Assembly: GCA_030606485.1 (NCBI GenBank)
Contig: JAUWGH010000002.1
Location: forward strand, 120,001-152,000
Direction of reading: 5' to 3'
Origin: Promethearchaeota archaeon
Lineage (GTDB): Archaea > Asgardarchaeota > Lokiarchaeia > Sigyniarchaeales > SOKP01
Length of the DNA: 32,000 nt
The position numbers were made by a program, and so were the translations under genes. Of this stretch, positions 1-9,560 are shown piece by piece. Numbering within the stretch: the stretch's first letter is position 1; every line of letters starts with the position of its first letter. A model generated the notes under the pieces. That model worked only from the letters and a program-made list of their open reading frames with translations, did not search any database and was not told the origin of the DNA.

Positions 1-426
1 ATTGGAACCAATCAAAATCTAGATGAGAAATCGCTTAGATTATTATACAACTCTTTAAATGATGATTACGCTGATTTGAGGTTAAAAGCTTTAGAAATCT
101 TAGCCGCAAATGAAAAACATCATTCAATTAAATATGTTTACATACTTATATCTTTATTAGATAATCAAAATCCTGTCATAAAAGAGAATGCATCAAAAAT
201 TTTGAAGATGCTTATAAAAGAAGAAAGCATTTTAATTGAAATTTTAACTAATTCAAAATTAAAATTAAATAAATTTCACATAAGGAATTTGATAGTTCTG
301 TTTTCAGATTCTGTTTTCAAATTGCACAAATTGAAAGAAGCAATAGGTAAATCGGATTTGTCAGACGAAATTAAGGTGATGTTTTTTTCGGAGATTGATA
401 CTATAATTAAAATAATAAGTAAATAA
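1..426 (+). CDS. HEAT-repeat protein, C-terminal part (5' end outside window)
   Basis: Frame is open from base 1 (IGTNQNLDEKSLRLLYNSLNDDYADLRLKALEILAA...). Two HEAT-like units: LLYNSLNDDYADLRLKALEIL and LISLLDNQNPVIKENASKIL. Confidence 0.7.
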   Translation: MGTNQNLDEKSLRLLYNSLNDDYADLRLKALEILAANEKHHSIKYVYILISLLDNQNPVIKENASKILKMLIKEESILIEILTNSKLKLNKFHIRNLIVLFSDSVFKLHKLKEAIGKSDLSDEIKVMFFSEIDTIIKIISK

Positions 427-436
427 GAAATATTTT

Positions 437-2356
437 CTACTTTTGTTTTTTTGTGATATCTACAGTGAAGGTTGTAATTCCTCCTTCAATTTGCGTTCCA
501 ATCAATGGATATCCTGAATTGTGAATTATATGAAGCATTGGTTTATTCTCCAAGAGTATTGACCCAGAAAATGAATTATATCGCAATTCACGTGCAATAG
601 TTGCTAAATAATGTAATAAAAATTTCGAAATGCCCAATCCTCGCCATTCTTTACGCACAGTAAAAGCTAATTCACTATTTGAGGGCATATTCGTCTTGAA
701 AAACCCACCAATTCCCACGATTTTTGTATTTCCATTATTTTCATATATTGCAACCATGATCATATCCGTTGAATAGTCAATATTAACAAATGGTTGAATT
801 TTCTTATGTCGAAAATCTACTATAGGCGAAAAGAAACGATAATATCGATCTTGTTTATCTAAGGAATAGTAAAGGTCTTGTAACATTCTTTCATCAGTTG
901 GCTTTATAGGCCGAATTTCTAATGAAACGTTATTTGATAAGATTAATCGAGTCTCATATTTTTCAGGATATAGACTAATTCTCCCATCAACAGAAATAGG
1001 TAATATTTGATCTGAATACACATAATGCCAATTTTTAGCATGTTCTAATAATTCTTCTCGGAAATCCGGATGCGCTATATTAATCATCTGAAGAACTCTT
1101 TCTCTTATACTTTTTCCATATAAATATGCTATTCCCCATTCAGTTATAACGTAATGAACATCTCCACGTGTAATAACAACTCCTGTCCCTGTTGCTAAAT
1201 AAGGAACTATTCTTGAAACTACTTTTCCATCTGATAGAACAGCTATTGAAGGCAAGACTATAATTGGTTTTCCTTCTTTACATCTTCCCGCTCCTCTAAT
1301 AAAATCTACTTGCCCTCCTATGCCACTATAAAAATTATGTCCAAGAGAATCGGCATTAACTTGCCCTGTTAAATCAACAGTGAGTGCTGCATTTATTGCA
1401 ACTTGCTTCCTATTTTGGGCAATAATGAATGGATCATTAACATAATCAGATGGGTAAAATTCAACACTTGGGTTATCATCAACAAAGTCATAAAGTCTGC
1501 GTGAACCCATTACAAAAGAAACTATAATTTTATCTTTATGAATTGTTTTCTTTTTACAAGTAACAATACCTTTTTCAACTAAATCAACCATACCATCTGA
1601 GAAAACCTCACTATGAACTCCAAGATCTTTTTTATCATCTAAATATCTCGTAAATGCATTAGGAATCTGACCAATACCCATTTGTAGAGTTGACTCATTT
1701 TCAATTAATGAAGCTACAAATTTACCAATCTTATTCGCAACCTCATTTGGAGGTTCATAATTGAATTCAATTATATTATGATCAGATAAAATAAATGCAT
1801 CAATATCATCCATATGAATAAATGAATTACCCAATGTTCTCGGCATATTGGGATTGATTTCGGCTACGACAAAATTAGCTTCTTCCGTGATTGGTTTTAC
1901 AATATCGACATTAATTCCGTAACTACAGAATCCAAATTTGTCTGGAGTGCTAATTTGGATAAGAGAAGTATCCAAATGCATGCGTCCTTGCTTAAAAAGA
2001 CGAGGAATTTCAGATAAAAGCATTGGAGTATAATCTGCTAATCCTGCTTGGATTGCTTTTCTAAGGCTTGCTCCAATAAAAAAAGCGTTATGTCTAAAGA
2101 GATCTTCTATTCCACTAGCGGTTTCATAATAATTAAGATCACTAAGGCTTAAAAAATGTAATATCTCAACATCTGGAAGCGTTGGTCCGAGTTCTATTAA
2201 TTTTTTAACTAGGTCAACGGGTTCAGAGCAACCAGAATCAATGAAAATTCTATCTCCTGGTTTTATAAATTTTGTGATAGCCTTCTCGATAGAAACTTGT
2301 TTTTTGGAATAATTTTTTAACCATTTAGGATTTTTATTAGTAAATTTTTTAGACAC
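437..2356 (-). CDS. Acetyl-CoA hydrolase/4-hydroxybutyrate CoA-transferase fused to a C-terminal GNAT acetyltransferase domain
   Basis: Family I CoA-transferase motifs (LQMGIG, GVHSEVFSDG, YSGIGGQVDFIRGA, DVHYVITEWG), then GNAT segment (IRPIKPTDE...ELAFTVRKEWRGLGISKFLL). Confidence 0.9.
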   Translation of the reverse strand: MSKKFTNKNPKWLKNYSKKQVSIEKAITKFIKPGDRIFIDSGCSEPVDLVKKLIELGPTLPDVEILHFLSLSDLNYYETASGIEDLFRHNAFFIGASLRKAIQAGLADYTPMLLSEIPRLFKQGRMHLDTSLIQISTPDKFGFCSYGINVDIVKPITEEANFVVAEINPNMPRTLGNSFIHMDDIDAFILSDHNIIEFNYEPPNEVANKIGKFVASLIENESTLQMGIGQIPNAFTRYLDDKKDLGVHSEVFSDGMVDLVEKGIVTCKKKTIHKDKIIVSFVMGSRRLYDFVDDNPSVEFYPSDYVNDPFIIAQNRKQVAINAALTVDLTGQVNADSLGHNFYSGIGGQVDFIRGAGRCKEGKPIIVLPSIAVLSDGKVVSRIVPYLATGTGVVITRGDVHYVITEWGIAYLYGKSIRERVLQMINIAHPDFREELLEHAKNWHYVYSDQILPISVDGRISLYPEKYETRLILSNNVSLEIRPIKPTDERMLQDLYYSLDKQDRYYRFFSPIVDFRHKKIQPFVNIDYSTDMIMVAIYENNGNTKIVGIGGFFKTNMPSNSELAFTVRKEWRGLGISKFLLHYLATIARELRYNSFSGSILLENKPMLHIIHNSGYPLIGTQIEGGITTFTVDITKKQK

Positions 2357-2446
2357 ATGATTACTAAAGAAGATTCCTTCTAAAATTTTATTTAATTTTT
2401 AAAAAGAGAGATATGATTTGGTACATAACCTTTTATCCATCTCTAT

Positions 2447-4612
2447 TTATTTTTTTATACACTGTCCATTTTTAATTTCAAAATTCTCACATTTAGAACA
2501 AAAGCCATAACCGTCTATTTTCTCCTTTAATCCATAATTCCAACAGAGAGGACATAAATAATAATCAAAATACTTACCGTTTTTTGATGTTTTTATTCTA
2601 AATACATTACAACCACATTTTTGACAGTTAGCATTCTTTAGAATGGAAATAGTCCCTCTTTGAGGTAAAGCAAAAGTAGTTTTACAATCTTCTGACTTAC
2701 AAGCCAGAAATCTTGTTTTCTTTTTTGTTCTTATGACAACCATCGGTGCTTTTTTGCATACTGAACATAGAGATTTTGTTTCTTGCCGTATATTTGCTTG
2801 AATTGAAATTTGTAAATCTTCGAACTTTTTTAAAAAAATAGGCTTTCTTTTCCTGAACTTATCGAATAAATTTAAAAATTCTAGCTTTATTTTTTCTGAT
2901 ACGAATTTCCAATCGATTTTGCCCTCCTTTATTTGTTCTAAATAATTTTCTACATAAGCAGTAAAACTTGGCTGCAAAAATTCTAACCACACATCTTTTA
3001 AGTTATCAATTAAAACATATCCTAATTCAGTTAATCGAACAGATTTTTTATCTCTTTCAATATATTTTCGATCTATCAATAGTTGAATCATACCTGGTCT
3101 CGTGCTTTTTGTCCCGATTTTTTGTGACTCCATTAATTTTATTAATGAATTATCAGTATATCTCGGAGGGTGTTTTGTCTCCCGATCCTCAAGTTCGATT
3201 GATTTTATATCTAAATTATTATGTTTGTCTGGTAGTTTTAAAGGTGGATTATACTTCTGCATTAAAAATGGAGCAATTTCATATGGTCCTTTTTCTATTA
3301 GTACATCATTTTTTAAGACAAAAACTTCATTTCCTACGGAAAAGATACACTTAGTTTTAATTGCTTTTCCAGGGCTAGAAAAAAGTGATAAATAATATCT
3401 TGCTAATAGGTCGTATACTTTAGAATGGAGTTGGGAAGGAAAGATTTTATCTGTTAAATCTACACTTTTTATCGTAGTGATTGGAGGGTGGTCTTGTGCA
3501 TCTTTTTTACCTTGGTTGGGAACAGTTTTATTTTTATTTATTAAGAATCGAGAGAAATCTCCGTAATCTGCATGTGTAAGAAATTGACTAATATTTTCTG
3601 TATGGTTAAAACTTTCCTTATATTTGTCCGTATCCGTTCTTGGATAGGTAATTAACTGATTAAGATAAAGATCTTCCATGATCTTCAATGCATATATGGC
3701 TGTAACATTTGAGTGTTTAATAATAAGTTGCAAGGCTTTAGAAGTATTTAGAGGTGTGGGAGGATATTTCAAAACGGTTCTAGAATTTTTATTTTTTATG
3801 TATCCATTTCTTTCATTCCGAATTTTGTTAAAAACAGTTTCTGCAGTTTTTTTATCTTGAATGGGATTTTTAAGATTCGGGCAAACATATTTGAAACCAT
3901 TATTCTCTACGATTGCATTAATTACCCAAAACGGTTTTGGTATAAAGTTTCTAATTTGAGTCTCTCTTAAAAATATTAGATATAAAAGACATGTTTGAAC
4001 TCTGCCAATAGAAACGAATTGCACATTAGCTTTCTTTATCAAAGACTTCAATGTTAAAGAAACTTCTCTTGTGGCTGAAAAACCAATAATTGCATCGATA
4101 ATAGCCCGTGCCTCACCTGCATAAGCCCAACTCCATTTAGGTTGTATCTGATTGTTATAAGCCCTGATAATATCCTGTTTTTGAAGCGAACTAAGCCATA
4201 ATTGACTTATCTTAGTAATGTTTTTAGAATTTTTTACAACTGAATATGCGTCAACTAAGCCTATATTACAACCCTCGACATCCGCATCGGTACCTATGAT
4301 ACAAGAATTAATATTCAATTTTTTAGAAATGAATGCTAATAAACGGATGTAGTTATTTGCATATGTAGAGGGGAATTTAAAAATTGAGTCGGAATTTGTT
4401 AAAATATCACGGGGATCACTCTTAGTCCAACTCTTATACTTGTCGGTATTACGGTATTCTTTAATATGACCGCGTAGAGGAACTACATAAATATTTTTAT
4501 CTTTAATATAATAATAGGATAATTTATTAAATGATAATTTATCAGGTATGCCTATTGCATTTGCAATAGCTTCTGCTGCCTTTCTTTTTTCACAAATTAT
4601 TAATTCATTCAA
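2447..4612 (-). CDS. topA: DNA topoisomerase, type IA (archaeal TopA/Topo III type) with C-terminal Zn-ribbons
   Basis: Toprim (LIICEK, GTDADVEG), SIGRVQT, active-site ITYPRTD, QDHPPI, IGTKSTR, and several C-terminal CxxC pairs. Confidence 0.95.
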   Translation of the reverse strand: MNELIICEKRKAAEAIANAIGIPDKLSFNKLSYYYIKDKNIYVVPLRGHIKEYRNTDKYKSWTKSDPRDILTNSDSIFKFPSTYANNYIRLLAFISKKLNINSCIIGTDADVEGCNIGLVDAYSVVKNSKNITKISQLWLSSLQKQDIIRAYNNQIQPKWSWAYAGEARAIIDAIIGFSATREVSLTLKSLIKKANVQFVSIGRVQTCLLYLIFLRETQIRNFIPKPFWVINAIVENNGFKYVCPNLKNPIQDKKTAETVFNKIRNERNGYIKNKNSRTVLKYPPTPLNTSKALQLIIKHSNVTAIYALKIMEDLYLNQLITYPRTDTDKYKESFNHTENISQFLTHADYGDFSRFLINKNKTVPNQGKKDAQDHPPITTIKSVDLTDKIFPSQLHSKVYDLLARYYLSLFSSPGKAIKTKCIFSVGNEVFVLKNDVLIEKGPYEIAPFLMQKYNPPLKLPDKHNNLDIKSIELEDRETKHPPRYTDNSLIKLMESQKIGTKSTRPGMIQLLIDRKYIERDKKSVRLTELGYVLIDNLKDVWLEFLQPSFTAYVENYLEQIKEGKIDWKFVSEKIKLEFLNLFDKFRKRKPIFLKKFEDLQISIQANIRQETKSLCSVCKKAPMVVIRTKKKTRFLACKSEDCKTTFALPQRGTISILKNANCQKCGCNVFRIKTSKNGKYFDYYLCPLCWNYGLKEKIDGYGFCSKCENFEIKNGQCIKK

Positions 4613-4855
4613 TATCTTTACTATGAAAGTGAGACAATTTGTTTTTTATTAAAAATCTAAATAATTGTTTGATTTAAGTAAATATCTTATTTAGTATTTT
4701 ACTGAATTTTTATTATATTTTACGAGAGGTTGTATATAAATAAAAAATTTTACGTTAAATCATCATAATTAATTATTATGAAGATATAATTGCAATATTT
4801 AAGAAATATCATCAAACACGCAAGATTTAAAATCTTAAGTATATTAGTGTAAATC

Positions 4856-6154
4856 ATGGAGATTATTAGTGCTATTCTTATTTTTATTATTTTTATTATC
4901 ATTCTTATTTCATATAGCAAAGAGAAATTGGATTTTGTAAGTATTTCATTATTAGGAATGATCTTATGTATAGTTATTGTAAGCTTAAGCACTCCAGTTA
5001 CATTTGAAGAATTTATGGATTACATTGAATTTAAAGCGCTTATTGTTATTTTAAGTATGCAAATAATTTCTCAAATTTTACAAGAGTCGAATGTATTAGA
5101 ATATGTAGCAATTAGGATGTTTCGACTGTCAAGGGGTAATCAGAGGTTATTTTTATATATAATTTGTTTGACTGGCGCTATATTAGCTGCAGTAATCTCT
5201 GATGTTGTTGTTGCATTAATCTTAGTTCCCATAATAATAAGGATATGTAATTTTTTAAAAATAAAAGCGGGAACTTATTTACTTGCTTTAACAATTGTTA
5301 TTAATATTGGAAGTATTCTTACACCATTTTCTTCCGGAGAAAATATTATTATAGCCCAACATTTTCAACTTGATACTATATATTTTGTTACTTACTACTG
5401 GCCCATCGCATTAATATCACTTTTCCTAACAATTCTTTTTATTGATATTCTAATATTAAGAAAAGAACCAAAAATGGAATTCGAGCAAAGTCAATTAATA
5501 ATGGAAATTTTAGATCCATCCATGGTAATAACTAATAAGAAATTATTCACATTCAATGGAATAGTTTTTCTATTAACAATAATATCTTTTGTTGTATTTC
5601 CAGAAATATATGTTGTAGCATTAATTGCAGCTATGATCATGGTTCTTGTAAATAATAAACGCGGAGAACGTCCTTTAAAAGAAATTTTAAAAGAAATTAA
5701 TTGGGAAATTATATTCTTTCTTATTGCACTATTTGTAGTGATTGGATGTTTGCAAATTGTTGGAATTTTTGATTTGTTTCAATTGGGCGCATTACAAAAT
5801 TTTAATATATATATCATAAGTTTAATAATTTTATTGATGGTAAGTTTATTGTCAGGAATTTTAGCAAACACTCCAACAATGTTAGTATTTTTACCAATTA
5901 TTGATAGTTTGATTGGAGATTATAATTTTTCACCAGTTCCCCTTATTTTTGCTTTGTTAGTTGCTGTAAATTTGGGCGGTAATATCCTACCTCAAGGTGC
6001 TATGTGTGATGTTTTTACTCTTAAAATGGCTCAAGAAAATAAAGTAGAAAATTTTACATTTAAAAGATTATTAAAAAATGGTGCAATTTTTGCAGGGATT
6101 CATATTTTAATTGCATCAATATACTTAATTTTTCTATGTTTATTTTATGGATGA
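4856..6154 (+). CDS. ArsB/NhaD (SLC13/CitMHS-like) ion transporter
   Basis: About 11-12 hydrophobic segments; INIGSILTPFSSGENIII and LSGILANTP...NLGGNILPQG repeats typical of the family. Confidence 0.85.
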   Translation: MEIISAILIFIIFIIILISYSKEKLDFVSISLLGMILCIVIVSLSTPVTFEEFMDYIEFKALIVILSMQIISQILQESNVLEYVAIRMFRLSRGNQRLFLYIICLTGAILAAVISDVVVALILVPIIIRICNFLKIKAGTYLLALTIVINIGSILTPFSSGENIIIAQHFQLDTIYFVTYYWPIALISLFLTILFIDILILRKEPKMEFEQSQLIMEILDPSMVITNKKLFTFNGIVFLLTIISFVVFPEIYVVALIAAMIMVLVNNKRGERPLKEILKEINWEIIFFLIALFVVIGCLQIVGIFDLFQLGALQNFNIYIISLIILLMVSLLSGILANTPTMLVFLPIIDSLIGDYNFSPVPLIFALLVAVNLGGNILPQGAMCDVFTLKMAQENKVENFTFKRLLKNGAIFAGIHILIASIYLIFLCLFYG

Positions 6155-6226
6155 GATTTTTTTATAAGTTTAACATAACTTTTTATTATTTAAAATTAAA
6201 AATTATTTAAAATATTTTTTTCAAGG

Positions 6227-6739
6227 TTGACATTTATGAATAAAATAGGATTTTGCTCAGGAATTTTAAGTATTATTATTAGTTTCCTTCAATCTATTCC
6301 TTTAGGAATTTACTTCGACTCTGGAATTTCTTCTTATACGTCAATTTCACTAAGTATGTTCAGTAATAACAATGTTGATTTTTTTATCTGGGGAACTATC
6401 GATCAATCAACATTAGTGGTTCAATCATGGTTAGAAGTTAATTTAATCAGTTTCTTCATGTTAAATCTTTTTATGATAATTACCGGAATTATAACTATAG
6501 TGGGAAGTACAATAGAAAGAATGTCGGGTAAGGCAATAATGTCCCTTAATTCATTATTAATACTTATTGTAATCATTTATATCTCTATCTTTATACCGCT
6601 AAATAGTATTGAACTAATTGGTATTACAATAGATTTTATGGGTTTATTCACCTCTCTTGGAAATGGTTATTATATATTAATAATTAATATTATACTCGCT
6701 TTAGTTGCCATACGCAGTCATCCCCTTGAGACCGAATAA
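6227..6739 (+). CDS. Uncharacterised 4-TM membrane protein (paralog of the next gene)
   Basis: Hydrophobic pattern; shares KxGFxxGxLSII, NNVxxFxWG and GxGYY motifs with 6784..7263. Start may be the ATG three codons in. Confidence 0.7.
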   Translation: MTFMNKIGFCSGILSIIISFLQSIPLGIYFDSGISSYTSISLSMFSNNNVDFFIWGTIDQSTLVVQSWLEVNLISFFMLNLFMIITGIITIVGSTIERMSGKAIMSLNSLLILIVIIYISIFIPLNSIELIGITIDFMGLFTSLGNGYYILIINIILALVAIRSHPLETE

Positions 6740-6783
6740 ATATAAAGTAATCCAAAAGTAGAATATGTTGGAGAAAATTTAAA

Positions 6784-7263
6784 ATGAAATTAAGAAAAAC
6801 TGGATTTGCAGCTGGATTCCTTTCAATAATATTAGCGTTTATTGCAGGGGTTCCATTTAGTTTTTCAAATGAGACAGCTAATTCTATCTTAAATTTTTCA
6901 ATTTTGATTATTAATAATGTAGAATACTTTTCTTGGGGCTATATTTCTAATAATATTGGATATACATCACTCGGATTTAATTCGATTGAAAACCTCATAG
7001 CAATATCTATTTGGTTGCTGTTTGCTTTACCTGGATTGTTTGGAATAATGGCATCTTCCCCTAAATCAATTCCTGAACATTCAAAAAAATTATTTAAGCT
7101 TAATGTTTTATTTATATTTTTAATCTTGTTTATTTATACTTTAAATTGGATATTAATCATATTTACTAGCTCATCTTCTGCATTTTTTGGATTTGGATAC
7201 TATTTTCTATATATAATCCTTGTTCTAAATATAATTTCGATAAGTATTTTGAAAAAGTCATAA
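6784..7263 (+). CDS. Uncharacterised 4-TM membrane protein (paralog of the previous gene)
   Basis: KTGFAAGFLSII / NNVEYFSWG / GFGYY align with the upstream gene. Confidence 0.7.
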   Translation: MKLRKTGFAAGFLSIILAFIAGVPFSFSNETANSILNFSILIINNVEYFSWGYISNNIGYTSLGFNSIENLIAISIWLLFALPGLFGIMASSPKSIPEHSKKLFKLNVLFIFLILFIYTLNWILIIFTSSSSAFFGFGYYFLYIILVLNIISISILKKS

Positions 7264-7322
7264 AAAAACCTTTTCTAAATTAACTCATTTTCTTGAAAAT
7301 TTTTAAAAAAAGAAATACGTTA

Positions 7323-7685
7323 TTATAAAGATTTATAATCTGTGAAAGCTGCTCGAGCTAATCCAACATAATTATCCGAAATCTTGTAATAATTTATATT
7401 ATTTGTAGATTTTCTAATTAAAAAATTTGAATCTATTTTCTTTCTTAATGAAGTCATCATAGTACTTAATGTTACCACGCCAATATAACCAAATCGTTTT
7501 GCAAACCGAACCAATTCATTCTCTGAATGCCAATTACCGTCTAACATAATTTCTATAAGCTTATTTTTTCTGGCATCTTTAATTCTTTGAATACGACTTA
7601 ATAACATTGTGTAATTAGGTTTATAATATATATCCTCAATTTTAGATAAATCATCAATTTTATCCATTTTCCTTTTCAAAACCAC
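7323..7685 (-). CDS. Winged-helix domain protein, probable DNA-binding regulator
   Basis: KLIEIMLDGNWHSENELVRFAK...TLSTMMTSLRKK...LIRKSTNNINYYKIS fits a wHTH helix-helix-helix-wing pattern. Confidence 0.6.
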   Translation of the reverse strand: MVLKRKMDKIDDLSKIEDIYYKPNYTMLLSRIQRIKDARKNKLIEIMLDGNWHSENELVRFAKRFGYIGVVTLSTMMTSLRKKIDSNFLIRKSTNNINYYKISDNYVGLARAAFTDYKSL

Positions 7686-7788
7686 TATTATAGAATTAAA
7701 ATTAAATATAAATAAATGATAAAAAAATTAAAAATAACATAATATTCAGATAACACAAATTGTATCATATAATTGAAGTGCGTAAAAA

Positions 7789-8370
7789 ATGCATGAAAAT
7801 GTTGAAATAATAAAATCTATTATTAGATTAAAAGATTATATTGAAAATGAAGAAGATTTTAAACATTTGTTTGAAATTCAACTTGCTCCACCAGGTTTAA
7901 AAAATTTCAGACCTAGATTTAATTTTGATAAAGGTGGGACTCTATTAGTTGGTGATTTAGTTCTTAATATTGAAGAAGAACAATATTTGGAAAGCCATCC
8001 ATTTCCCGAATGGGTTGTGCAATTAATATCAAAAGAGGGACCAATTGGATCAGCCTATTTAATTGTTCCCAATTTACCCAATCGATTTATCTCTAGATTA
8101 AACACAATGAATTATGAAAAGAGAATTGCAAAAATTGATGAAGTAATTAAGAACTTAACAACTGATGATTTAATTGCATTTGAATATCAAATTGGCGTCA
8201 GTATAAAAGTAAATGCTAATGTCCCTCACACTTTCATATCTAAAATTGATCTAAAAAAAAATGAAAAACCCCCTTATCTTCAAGTATATGAACCCAACCT
8301 CAGAATATTTAATGAAGTGCTGAAATTTAAAACGCCCTATTATAAATTACCATTTAAGATAAAAATTTAA
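7789..8370 (+). CDS. Hypothetical protein
   Basis: 193-aa ORF with coding-like composition filling the gap; no family recognised. Confidence 0.6.
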   Translation: MHENVEIIKSIIRLKDYIENEEDFKHLFEIQLAPPGLKNFRPRFNFDKGGTLLVGDLVLNIEEEQYLESHPFPEWVVQLISKEGPIGSAYLIVPNLPNRFISRLNTMNYEKRIAKIDEVIKNLTTDDLIAFEYQIGVSIKVNANVPHTFISKIDLKKNEKPPYLQVYEPNLRIFNEVLKFKTPYYKLPFKIKI

Positions 8371-8378
8371 TTAAGGTG

Positions 8379-9506
8379 CTACAATAAATTTTCCGGAATG
8401 CCATTATTGTAATATTGCTCCCGTGTAACCCAATTTGCTGAAAATTCAGGAATCATTCCTAATATTGAACCACCAATCCAAACCGAAAACATGCGTTCTT
8501 TAGGAGCAATTATTTTAACAATTTGTATTTTCTTTTTCTTTTTAGCTAAAAGTAATTCTAATTCTTTATAGAGTCTAGACTTAAAATTAGGAAACATTGA
8601 TGAACCCCCGGAAAGAAAAATATTGTTTAATAATTTTGGTCTAATATCTATATCACAATCTTCTATACATTCTAAAATAGCTTCATGTAATGGAGTAACT
8701 TCTAAATTATAAAGTGATGGATTAAAGATTAATTCAGGGATTAAAAATCTAAGACTATCAATCTCTAAGATTTCACCATCTGGTAATGAAAACGGTTTTC
8801 TATATTCTTCATAACGTTTCATATCTTCCTTAAAATCCAATGAAACAAAGCATGCTTTTTCTTTGATAACTCGGATAATTTGTTTCTTAACAGATGAATC
8901 AGCAGTAAATCCTGCTTGTTTCAATTGGTGTTCCATAAATTCAGTAATCAAATTGCCCCCTAGGTCTAATATTTTAATAGCATGTGATAACTGAAAACCT
9001 TCATAAACTGGGACAATTCGAGTGCTGCTATCTCCAATCTCAATAATTAAACCCGTTTGAAACCCGCCAGAATAAAGCGTCAGAAGTGAATCTAAAACTG
9101 GATAAAAACTAGCACAATTAAATTCTTCTAAAAAGATATCAAATACTTTTCTTTTATCTTGTTTTGGACTTAAAGGATGGACAGCATATAATACATTACT
9201 TACAATCGGATCAACACGTAGATTATAAAATATATATTCAAGAATTTTTTTATAATAATTCCAATCTTGAATTCTACCATTTTGTATTGGGTGAAAGAGC
9301 TTATACAACCCCATTGCATCTTGAATTTCATTACCTATGCAAAGGTCACTAATTTTTTCTCCATATGTAAGATCTACATTTTGATATTTTGGTACTCCAA
9401 CCAAAGTAAAAAAAACACTATTCGGATGATCTTCACCGGCAAAACCAATTTTTGTTGAAAATTGTCCTATGTCCATGATTAATGTTACGTTTCCCATTAT
9501 TGTCAC
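8379..9506 (-). CDS. Actin-related protein (Asgard actin/ARP family, divergent)
   Basis: Collinear with actin over 375 aa: DIGQFSTKIGFAGEDHPNSVF, LTLYSGGFQTGLIIEIGDSSTRIVPVYEG, KEKACFVSLDF, SLPDG, FLSGGSSMFP, APKERMFSVWIGGSILG. Alternative start ATG at 9497. Confidence 0.95.
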   Translation of the reverse strand: MTIMGNVTLIMDIGQFSTKIGFAGEDHPNSVFFTLVGVPKYQNVDLTYGEKISDLCIGNEIQDAMGLYKLFHPIQNGRIQDWNYYKKILEYIFYNLRVDPIVSNVLYAVHPLSPKQDKRKVFDIFLEEFNCASFYPVLDSLLTLYSGGFQTGLIIEIGDSSTRIVPVYEGFQLSHAIKILDLGGNLITEFMEHQLKQAGFTADSSVKKQIIRVIKEKACFVSLDFKEDMKRYEEYRKPFSLPDGEILEIDSLRFLIPELIFNPSLYNLEVTPLHEAILECIEDCDIDIRPKLLNNIFLSGGSSMFPNFKSRLYKELELLLAKKKKKIQIVKIIAPKERMFSVWIGGSILGMIPEFSANWVTREQYYNNGIPENLL

Positions 9507-9560
9507 TTACTCTTTTAATTATTTAAATTAATTGAAGCACATATCTAATTTGTCCTTTTT

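Noticed and set aside
2968-3860. Plus-strand ORFs 2968..3354, 3102..3395, 3678..3860
   Set aside because: Antisense shadows of topA with no recognisable motifs.
4750-4992. 80-aa minus-strand ORF
   Set aside because: Overlaps the permease start antisense; low-complexity Ile-rich shadow.
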